Assembly (NCBI GenBank): GCA_017499595.2
Contig: CM039006.1
Location: 1,612,001-1,676,000 of the forward strand
Direction: 5' to 3'
Length of the DNA stretch: 64,000 nt
From: Psilocybe cubensis
Lineage: Eukaryota
Shown: positions 53,857 through 64,000 of the stretch, one piece after another
How positions within the stretch are numbered: the first letter of the stretch is position 1
Layout of the letters: every line of letters starts with the position of its first letter
Program-made: the position numbers and the translations under genes
Notes under the pieces: generated by a model
Told to the model about the DNA's origin: nothing
What the model saw: only the letters and a program-made list of their open reading frames with translations
Database searches by the model: none

Positions 53857-55370
53857 TTAGATCTCACCAATTAAACACGTTGCCGAGTTCAAACTCCCCA
53901 GAAAATACCTTAAGCGAGCGTCATTTTCACAATTACATACCCGGATCAAAGCGCCATTGCGGGTGAAAACAAGAAAACGATCGATTATTCGGGGAGGGGT
54001 GAGCATACCCTCATTGAGATAGAGATAATTCCACCATTCCATAGTGGTGATATCGCCAAACCTTGAGCAGATTGTTGTAAGGTAAAAATATGATCGTGCA
54101 AAATTGGTAACTCACCAAAGATGTGCTATTTCATGGCTTTGCGTAGACGCCACCCGCTTCTTGGCGAGCAGGTCTGCGTTGTCAGTGTCAAGTAAGAAGG
54201 CAGCAGAGCGGCCGATAATTAAACCCCAGTTCTCCATGGCACCGTCTACGATGTTTCCCTGTCATTTGCCAAAAAAAAAAAACAGGTCAAAAAGGTTGCG
54301 TCGGTCGGTCGTAATACACATACTGCAACTGTATCAAGTTTAGGAAGCGGGTACTCGACACCGAGTATTCTTTCGTACAGGGGAAGAACAGACGCAGTAA
54401 CACCTAAGACGAATTCGGCTTGACTGACTTTAGCGGGAGAAGCTACCAAAACGTGAAAATTGTATCATAGGTGAATCAAGAGATCAACTTACTGTAAATC
54501 CGGAGAGGGATGGTCTTGCGGCTGAGCGGCATGACGACCGACTTTTCCCAAAACTTGAATGGACCATTCGCCAGCGCCACGATGTATGTCGACATTGGAG
54601 GGGTAGTATCAAATTTTGTGATTTTCCATGTCTCGGCGTCGAGTCCCTCGAGAATTGGCTGTTCTGATAGAGCAGGCATGTTGCTCAAGCTTACGGTATC
54701 AGCACGCGATATCATGGTGATAGTAAACGTCGCTTTTAGGAGAGGTTCGTCCCAGCACGGAAAAGCGCTCCTAGCTGCGGTGGGCTATCAAAAAGTTTTC
54801 AGAGTGAGATATGGTATCCAGCTCATGATACACATACCTGAAACTGCGTGAGTGCATAGAACTCAGTACTTCCTTCATATTCCCAAGAGCCGCGAAGGTA
54901 GCCCATCATGTTTCCTCCTAGCTTCCCAGAGAAGTATATCTTCAGTTTTGTTTGAGAACCAGACGGAAGCTTTTCATCCAGTTTGTACGTGACGCGCTCT
55001 TGCGCCTCGTCTGTCTGCACCACGACTACAGGTTTCTCCCCCTCTTCGGACAATATGGTGCTAATACCATTATTATTGCTGATGAAAGGTTCGAACATAA
55101 GACTGAAAACGCACGCATTTCTTAGCTCTAGACGCGATACATTGAGCGTGATTGTCGACGTATCCTTCTTAACTTCAAGGCTAGCAAGAGACTCGGTCAA
55201 ATTATAACAAAAGACACCCGAGAGTCTGAGTCTCCGTACGCGATTATGACAACGCCCTCGAACGTAGCCTTCTTCAAGTCAGTTTTGAACGTGAGATCAT
55301 AGTGCGTCGGCTTGACATTTGTAGGCAGCCTGTATTCGCTCTGCTCTTTCTCCTGGCGATTAGGCTTCAT
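53857..55370 (-). pseudogene. 3'-truncated M1 aminopeptidase copy 4 (sequence-diverged)
   Basis: Same truncation as copies 2-3, with private substitutions (FWEK vs FLEK, GSTEFY vs GRTEYY, LRNA vs LTNA). Confidence 0.88.
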
Positions 55371-56683
55371 TTTGGAGCTTGTTGATGGTTCAAATTGAAG
55401 GGTGCTGAGGACTTTTCGGAGGGTTCAGTTATATGGCGTCCAGACAAGGTCGCGCAGCTCTATTTCTCCAGGCGGTTACAGTCAGGTGAGAATGAGCATA
55501 TGGGCACCATGTTCCTGTGAAAAGATCGCAGTATGTAGTATATCCGTAAGGACGTTCATAGTGAACTCCACAGTGGTTTCGCATAGGAGACTGCTCTAGA
55601 TAGACAAACCCCGATACTTAGTACATAGTAGACACCCTAGTGTAGAAAGGTGAGGAACGCTCACGCGTGCGTCTTAGCTTTCTTGTTGCACGATAATAAA
55701 TAGATTACAAACAAAGCATAGGAGACTGCGTTTCCATTGCTTAGTCAGCTTATCACAATTACGGCAGCACCGGCATGAATGTGCGCGTATCAACGCGACC
55801 TCGCGCACGCAATCTGGAACACCTCGACGCAGCCAAAACTGTGCGCAGTACAGTAGCATAACTAGGCGAAGAAACAAAATTACATCACGGTGACGTAGAC
55901 CAATCTTTCACTTTTTATTTGACGAGAACTCGGGAAATGGTACAAAGCTCCCAAGCAAACCAAATAAATTTGAACAATGGTCTTTTTACCAATGTCATCG
56001 CAGCCAGAGTCATTGGAACGAAGGAGAGAGAGAAATATATGCAAAAGGCTACAAGTCTCAGGACTCTATTTTTTGTGCAATGCATAGAAATCAAAACAAT
56101 ATAAAGAGAATAAAAGTAAAAGGGTATGGTTGCTGCATAGAAATCGAAAGAATATAGAAAAATAAAAGTGAAATAGGGTGTTCGTTTCGTGCCCTTGCTC
56201 GGTCTACCTGCCACCTTGAATGCCTTTCCGCTCAACATAGCGTTTCTCGCGTCTTCATTCAGCGTATTAATATCCTAATTATGTTTGCATCTGTATTGCG
56301 CAACTTCTTTCCTGTGCCAATCCAGACGGTCCACAGATTCTTACCCTTTGACATTTAAAACAGCTTGAAGGTGTATTCAACGCGCAACCTCTTACCCTCT
56401 ATTTCATAAAAAAAAGTTCCTCCGGCGGCCCGTCGCGGTGTTCGAGTCGAAGGCATAAGAAGCGACGGTGGATATGGTCATGTTCCCAATTCCAACGAAG
56501 CGTAACTTAAAAGAGGTACAACCCTTCTACAGATTGGTATGACTGGCATTTCACCAAACTTCAGCTTCTCAAAGTAAAAGAGGTGCCGGGCCCACAACGC
56601 AACCCGAGCGACGCGACCGGTTAGTTACACGTGACACAAGACATCTGGCTGGGAGCGTTTTGTTCCGCTTCATCACTACTTGA

Positions 56684-58794
56684 ATGCTACACAACTCCTC
56701 CTCTCCGCGGGACAAAGAGCCCACCGAGCTCGACACCCTGCGCAAATGGCAAGAAGAGCGCAGAGCGCGACGTCTGCGCGGCGAATACGAGTCTGCCGTT
56801 CTTCACCTTTCGCAAGTCGTACGTCTCCCTTCTATAAATCCACCTGTTGTGGTAGCAGCATCGATTGACAATCCTGAAAAAAAGATCAATGATAATATAC
56901 ACACACCCATGAACATCTCTGCGGTGCGAATTGAGGGTGCGAAAAACACTCGGAGCTCGTTTTTAGCTTCCATCGTCGCGCCTGCTGTCCAACGGAGCGG
57001 CGATGACACGGAAGATGTACCACACACTCTCGAACACGTCCTGCACACAACACGACATCTCGCCGCCGCACTTAAAAAGACAGACATATTCACATCGGTA
57101 GAGGTGTACCTTGATCGGCCGCGGGACACGACTGCGGCGTCTGGGGATGTGGATCTGGTGTTCAAAACCCGCGAGCGCGGGAGGTGGTACCTTTCCAGCT
57201 CGACAGAGCTGGGCAACAGCGAAGGCAGCGCGGTGCGTCCCTTTCAATTTTCATCCACAACTATATATATAACCACGTACACAGAGTGCCCATGCACGCA
57301 TCCGCAACGTCTTCGGCGGCGCAGAAACATTCGAGGCGGCCGCGTCGCTGGGCACACAGACGCGGCGCTCTTTTCGCGGGACACTCACGACGCCTCTGAG
57401 CGCCTCGATGACCGCGTTTGCTGAGCTCTCCGCTTATGTCCAGGACCGCGACTTGTCGAGTTACGCGAGCTGCACCGAGGCGCTGCGTGGTGCGCGCGCC
57501 GTCGTCAGGGTGAGCTAGGTCAGCTGTGTCTTGTCTCTTCGCTGCAGCGGCTGACGAACACTGGAATTTGATATTGGACACTGTAGACAGGGACGCCGAG
57601 GACGGGGGCGCATGAAGTTGCGTACGACGCGGTGATCCGACATATCACGGCACTCACACCTACCGCCTCCTTCAGGTATGCACACACTCTGCGCACCAGA
57701 TTTTCTCTAGATACTAACCCCGTATCAGCACCCGACAGTCAGCTGGCACATCTCTCAAATCGGCTCTCTCCCACACCTTGCTCTATGACACCCGTAGCGA
57801 CCCTCTCGGCCTTGCTTCGACCTCAGGACTCTACCTCAAGCTCACGCACGAGCTGGCAGGAGGCGCCGTGCTCGGCGGCGACGCGCACCACTACAAGGTG
57901 GAGGGGGAAGCGCAAGTGTCGCGGCGGATAGGTGACTCAGGCGTCGTAAGTGCTTCTTTTCATTGCTTTTCGATGCTCCTCGTTCGTTTAATGTGCTATT
58001 CGCATTTCTAACGCACAACAGTCCGTGTCGCTCTCTGCAAAGTCGGGTATCATCTATAGTCTTGCGCCAAACGGGCGAACACTGTTCTCTGATCGCTTTC
58101 AGCTCGGTGGGCCGACAAGCGTGCGCTCATTCAGAGCCAACGGTATGGGGCCTAGGGACGGCGGTGAGTGTTTCATTTCTCAAAGTCTCAAATTCAACAA
58201 CATCTCATTCCAATGCGCTGCATCACACGTCCCTCTTCCCTCTGGTCCCCTTTTCTTCCATGTCCCGTTTGATCCTCATTAAAATACAAAAACAATAGCC
58301 GACTCGACAGGTGGCGAGATTTTCTACTCTCTAGGCGCGAGCCTCATCTCGGACATACCCACCAAACCAAACTGGCCCGTCAAAGCACACTTGTGGCTGA
58401 ACGCCGGGAGACTAGACAATCTGAACCGGGACGGCAGTACAAATTCCAATGCGGGTACAGAGGGAGAGAGAGGTGCGTTTTGGTTCCATGTGAAATGCTA
58501 TAATGTGCCCTCTGATTACTTGACATTTTTTCGTTAAATAAACTTTCCATATACTCACTTCACCGTCGTTCTCCATCCCCCTGTTCCTTCCCCTTCCCCT
58601 TCCCTCTACGACCAACAGCTCCCGTCATCCCACCCACCTTCCTCTCAACACCCTCTATTTCTATGGGCCTTGGCCTCATCTACCGCTTCGACCCCGTGCG
58701 CGTTGAAGTGAACTTTGGCCTGCCGCTTGCTCTCTCAAAGGGAGAGGCCGCGCGGAGAGGCCTTGGTGTCGGTGTAGGGTTGGAATTTCTGTAA
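56684..58794 (+). CDS. SAM50: Mitochondrial outer-membrane SAM complex subunit Sam50/Tob55 (Omp85 family); multi-exon
   Basis: POTRA-like VRIEGAKNTRSSFL, STELGNSEGSA, RNVFGGAETF, DRFQLGGPTSVRSFRANGMGPRD, GLIYRFDPVRVEVNFGLPL, C-terminal beta-signal GVGLEFL*. Confidence 0.93.
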
Positions 58795-58974
58795 CTATAG
58801 GAGTGGATGAGGTATTATAGAGTTTTGGTCTGGGTTCGTGTTGAATATCAGGGGTAGTATGGGGTGATGGAGGTGATCATGCCTGGAAAATCTCTTGTTG
58901 GGTGGAGATTTAGTTAAGATGGAGGTGGTTTCAGATGGGTAGACATCTTAGAGTGCGAACAAGAAGATCTCAAG

Positions 58975-59790
58975 AGTAGACTCCAACCATGGAGTCGTGA
59001 CTACGGGGGGAAGCAATTGGGTGCTCAGCTTCAAACTTCAGACAAATAGAGCTCTGTGCTACGCATAGAACGTAAAAGCTTCGCCCCTTCACCCCAGCCT
59101 GGGACTGAGCACGAGGTTCCCATGCGCGCCTACTCACGAAACCCGATTAAAGCTTTGGAAGGTGAAATCAACCCTGAAGGTATGGCTCTTACAACACCCT
59201 AACCTTTGATTCAAAAGCCCGCCTTTGGTCACCTACTTATAACCTAGTAGATGCGCATGGGCATGGCGTGGGTAACTGACTCACATCTAAATTGCCGCTC
59301 GCTTCAGGTCCAGACACCATATGCTCACACCAGACGGGGGATCGAAATCAGCGAACGTGTAAAACGCAAGACTGCCCCGGAGAGTGAAAATCGCCAGCAG
59401 CTTAGTTAGAAGCGCATCTGAATCCACAACAGTCCGAAATTTGAAATTTTTAGAGCGCCCGCATCATCAGATCTTGGCTAGTGCACAGGCGTCTACTCGC
59501 TGTTTACTCGATAGGGAACGTGAGTGAAACGGCAGCCTGAGACTAGCACTGTGCGCTTCAGCCTTGTAAATCCAGCCGCCAGCATCCACGGTTGTCTTAT
59601 TTCCCCAAGCTTTGGGCTTTAAGCCGAGCAATTGTGCAAGTGTGTGTAAAGCAGACTCATCGGAGTGCATAAAACTCCACTACTGCTATCCCATCCTGGA
59701 GGCTTCAAGCACGGTCCGAGTCACGAAAAGGTTTTAGCACTCATTGTTTCATCTCACTGGAGAGTGCACCGGCGTTTACACTCTGCTCGA
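58975..59790 (+). ncRNA. Candidate structured ncRNA (telomerase-RNA-like hypothesis)
   Basis: Several long complementary segments, a template-like ACCCTAACC at 59196-59204 and a P6.1-like AAGC-TTTGG-GCTT at 59607-59619. No homology evidence is available. Confidence 0.22.
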
Positions 59791-59932
59791 TTGGAAACCG
59801 TGAAAGCAGTCCTCTTGTATACAGATAAGTATCCTTCATTCATTCCTACAAACAAAAAAGACAAAAGAAACAGTACGCTATGTCCTTTACCAATGCCCAA
59901 CTGTGCATCAACTACGCATTCGTGGAAAAGAA

Positions 59933-61059
59933 TTACCAGGGAACCCTTCTCCCATCAAGATTGATAAACTGCCCGCCGTCCTTCTCGCGCGTCGAGCCAT
60001 CGATGATGTCGAGGAGGAGCGGGGCGGCAGTGTCCGCCTTGGGGAAGTCGCCATACTTGGCCACTAAATTAGCGACGACCCCAGTTTTGTCGGTTTCTCT
60101 CGTGTAGTCGACTGTTCGTTTGTATTAAGCACAGAAATTAGCATCAGAATAGGGAATTCCGTGCTGGGGGGAGGCGACTTACACATATCCGTGTCTACAC
60201 CTCCAGGGGACAAAGGGAATGTCACTGCAATAAAAATGTTCAAACACTACTTAGTAAACACATATAGCGTTGCAAACGCACCGAGCCACTCATTCTCGAA
60301 GTGTAGTTTGCGAGTGATCCAGTTTAACGTGGTCTTGCTCGATGCATACGCAGTGTTAGCCATATCGAGCTCGATGGCAGGCTCCCCAATGGAGCCAGCA
60401 ATGCTTGTAATAGGAATAAAACGCGGGGTGCTGCTTTTCCTTAGCAGGGCATATAGCTCCTGGAACAGGACTATGTGGCTGAGCACGTTTACCTATTTAT
60501 ATGGTCAAAGCAATTGGCGCAATCTGTTCAGTCACCAAATCGGACAGCGATAGGCTACACCACTTCACATACTTGGAAATGTTCCTCCATGTCGGAAAGC
60601 TTGATATCCCGAATCTGGTTATTCCCTCCGATAATCGCTAAAATACATCCAAAGTCGTCAGTCCCACCAAATAAATAAAATCAATACATGCTGTAGTTAA
60701 TGCTCACCCGCGTTTCCAATAACCGTATCCACTCTCCCATGCCGCTGCTCGATCTCCTTGGCGAGCTCCCTGTTCACGGCGACGTCCGTAGCGATCCACT
60801 TGACCACTGCAATGCGTGTTGGGTACTTTTCCTTGAGCTCGTCCAGCCTGGAGGGCTTGGAGGGGTCGCGCACTGTCGCGTATACAAACGCGTCACTGTG
60901 CTTAGACAGAATCAGTGAGACCAAAGCGAAGCCTAAGAGTGAAAATAGGATGCAGAGGTGAGAAGGCCGATAACATTGCAGTTGTAGTCATGCGTAAGCT
61001 TCACCTATTCCACGCTCTCGGTTGGCGCCTGTGACAAGGTAAATTGTAGAAGGAGACAT
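59933..61059 (-). CDS. Short-chain dehydrogenase/reductase (NAD(P)-binding ketoreductase); multi-exon
   Basis: IYLVTGANRERGI|GFAL, RVDTVIGNA, ITSIAGS, catalytic YASSK, PLSPGGVDTDM, ends GGQFINLDGRRVPW*. Confidence 0.93.
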
Positions 61060-62676
61060 CGTGTTTTAAGCTGCAGTGTTTAATGCGGGGTTGAATATTC
61101 CAAATATGAGAGCAGTGAAAAAAGAAACGCGAAAGAAGCACTGAGTTATATACTGCGCGTCTCAGAAGAAACATCTCCGCTGACACACTATGGTGGTATT
61201 TACAGATGATTATCTATATCTAAGGCGCTTCCAAAATCATAGATCCATCAGACAGGCGCCTTTGATGCACCGTGACGGAAATCGGTTATCAATTGACGTT
61301 CTTTGCAAATTCAATGACTCATCGCCCCCCAAAATGCCCAAAGGGCGCTGCCTATATGCGAACACAACTGACAATCGAGATGAAATACCGTTATAAATCA
61401 CATCAACATTCATTGAACCGTTTAGTAATCACACTGTGGGTCATAATCATTTATCATTTTGTAATCATTCCTTAAGATCTCGCGAATGATCAATATCCGT
61501 AAGTTTGATGTTTTGCTGAATTTTGGCGACTTCGTTTACTTTTGTAGAATGGAAGATTTGATTGGTATGTCATCTTAAAAGTGGCTTGGGAGAATTCAAC
61601 CCCCCGGTTCCTACACCGTCCTGGTTAACTTGGGAAATCTTGGGTGAGCTATCTGTCACGATAATGGTTGGTCAGTGCGCAACTTCTCACGGTCATACTT
61701 ATGTAAGTGTCACTATTGCTTTCTAAGTCACACCAGCCGTCACACCCAACTTTTGTCCCGGCTCCGTCACAATTCTGTGCTCTTTTTCCAGGTTCTACAC
61801 GATGTTCAACGCTATAACCTTTGATTTTCATTCAATGGTTTCTTTCTCTCCTTATTTTAGTTTCAACTAGCCAAAGCTAAGTCATGTGTCTAGCGGTTAA
61901 AATGCCGACAACGGTTGGTCCGGCGTGTTCTTTGTGCCAGCAAGGCTTCGTCTGCATGTGCTTCTGAGCTTCGATGCTACTTCTACGAAACATATCGCCC
62001 CGATTTTAAGGTCATATGCAGTGATATTCACGCATCTACCTGATCGAAAAAGCTGCCAGCGACCCTTGGACGGTGACCAGACATCATGTGGACGATGCAA
62101 GAACCAGGGACCGTACATTTGCAAAGATATCTGATCCCCCAATAAAGTTCTTTTATATTTTGGAAGCTGGATTTTTGAACACTCTACCGCATTAAACACC
62201 CTTCTGCTACAAATTCCATGTGCTGTAAGTTGCCCCTGCACATCCTAATGTTTCTTGCCTTACCTTTGAAACAAGTATGAATACCAATAAAGACGATGCA
62301 ACCCAAATCAACAAACGAAAATCATTTACGTTCTGACATTGATAGCATACAGGCACCGCTGAACCACCAAATCCATCTGCGCTATGCATCCTAGCCTCTT
62401 CGCCTCCTTTCTGTGGGTTTTTATGTACCTTGCATTCCCATGCCTTCCCATGCCTGTCCTACATGTCCGGTCCGCGCTCCATTGCTCCTTCACTTGCGTC
62501 ATGATGGACAGCGTCAAGGCGCACATTTTTTCAAAGGTCTGCCATCTTCACGGACCGCGAAGAAGCCAACCGCTCCTCTATAAAGTCCTCCATTCGTACC
62601 CGTGAACCTCGTCTCCAAGCTTGTGTAGCAGTCCCAACTTCGACCGAAAGCAACCTCGCTTAATTTTTTTTCAAAA

Positions 62677-64000
62677 ATGATCAAAGCACGCACTCTTCTA
62701 TTGGCTCTGAGTCTCGCTTTGGTGGGGCTTGTAGATGTCGCGTCGGGGCAGACCACAGTGACAGTCAGCGCTACAGCGAGCCACCCTATCCCTAGCACGA
62801 TGTGTAAGTCCATTTGCACGCATCATTGAACAGCTTCTCTAATCAATTTTCTCAATTGGCACACAAGGGGGACAAATGTTTGAGGTATGGACTTCCACTA
62901 TTCATTCTTTTGACTTTGGATTGATTACAGCATCCAGGACATAAGCGTACGTGTTACGAGCAGCAATTCTCGACATGAACTAAAATATAATTTTCGCTCC
63001 ACTTGTCCATATAGAATGTGAGAGGAATTCTGGCTTGGAGTTACGTCTATCGAACTAACCCTACAAAAGAGTGGAGATGGAGGTTTATACGCAGAATGTA
63101 CGATTGTTTCTTTTCAGAATCTTTTTCACGTTCTTGATGAACATCAAATACAGTACTTCAGAATAGGGCTTTCCAGATGGTCACACCCGGTATGAATGTA
63201 CCAATACTTGCGAAACAAAGGGGCATACTGACGACTATTTCATCAAATTATTAACGAGAAGGAACAACCGCCGCACTTGCTGGCTGGAAATCCCTCAACG
63301 GAAACATCACTGTGGTCGCTGATTCAAATCCCGTATCTGCTGCTTTGCCAAACTCCCTTCAACTTACTGTCCCTGCTGGTAACACTAATAACATTGGGTT
63401 TGCAAATGTTGGTTTCAATGCGGGTGTGTCCATTTTGTCAGAATGACTGGAAACCTGTTTACAAAATCTTGCGTTTCTCTCCAGGGCTCAATGTTATTCC
63501 ACATGCAACATACAAGGCCTCATTCTACTACCGATTCCAAAAAGCTTCCAAATTCCGTGGTAGCTTCGTCATAAGTCTTCAGGACGGTTCTGGAACCACC
63601 CTTACCTCGCAAAAAGTTTCAATCACCGGCTCGCAGACGTCGTGGAAGCAGGTCAAAGTATCCCTGAATACAAACATTGCACCTGGATCGACAAGCAACA
63701 TGTTCGCTATCACATTAAATGGAGATTCGGCTGCAGGGGAGGTCATTAATTTTGCGATGCTTTCATTGTTCCCACCCACGTTCAAAAATAGAGAAAATGG
63801 GATGCGGCAAGATATAGCTCAGGTAATTCATGGTTCGGTGTCAGCGTATTTGTATCACCTTTAACGTCTATATAGGCGCTTGCAGATATGAAACCTTCTT
63901 TCTTCCGCCTTCCTGGAGGGAATAATTTGGAGGGACAGACTGTGAATACTCGTTGGCAATGGAATAATACCGTAAGTCCCAAACAAACTTTACCTCAAAT
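62677..64000 (+). CDS. Secreted GH51 alpha-L-arabinofuranosidase, partial (runs off the window)
   Basis: Signal peptide, then spliced [46 protein letters not shown] and [11 protein letters not shown]. Confidence 0.93.

Larger units (their letters stand above)
23686..56832. repeat. Tandem segmental amplification: three 10,103-bp units (23686-33788, 33789-43891, 43892-53994) plus a diverged partial fourth copy (53995-56832)
   Basis: The ORF track recurs at an exact 10,103-bp offset (23795/33898/44001/54104, etc.), and the sequences are near-identical on inspection. Confidence 0.97.

Noticed and set aside
23686-53994. Head-to-tail Helitron rolling-circle concatemer as the cause of the tandem array
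   Set aside because: The CTGG end is followed by TA rather than a new TC start, and the unit boundaries fall inside aminopeptidase homology, which fits unequal crossing-over better.
61585-61620. T-arm-like hairpin GGGAGAATTCAACCCCC
   Set aside because: The remainder of a tRNA cloverleaf is absent.

Overview
Intron-rich fungal genomic DNA, most likely an agaric basidiomycete (short GT-AG introns, micro-exons, a DUF6534-type membrane protein). Host genes: DCP1, a divergent hypothetical gene, a DUF6534-type protein, a GH1 beta-glucosidase, a PTH11-like receptor, a secreted tyrosinase, a SAM methyltransferase, tRNA-Asp, an M1 aminopeptidase, SAM50, an SDR and the 5' part of a GH51 arabinofuranosidase. 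About half the window (23686-56832) is a tandem array of three 10,103-bp units plus a diverged partial fourth copy. Each unit carries the 5' half of the aminopeptidase, a decayed SAM50 5' fragment and a ~7-kb repeat-rich insert ending in a Helitron-like hairpin. Other notable features: a 919-bp non-autonomous Helitron; a nested TIR-element complex at 17.2-19.1 kb holding 12 copies of a 14-bp palindrome at an exact 35-bp period plus a telomere-like tract, abutting half a tRNA gene; and a structured ~0.9-kb non-coding region behind SAM50 with a telomerase-template-like ACCCTAACC. All coordinates and comparisons were read by eye; no searches were run.
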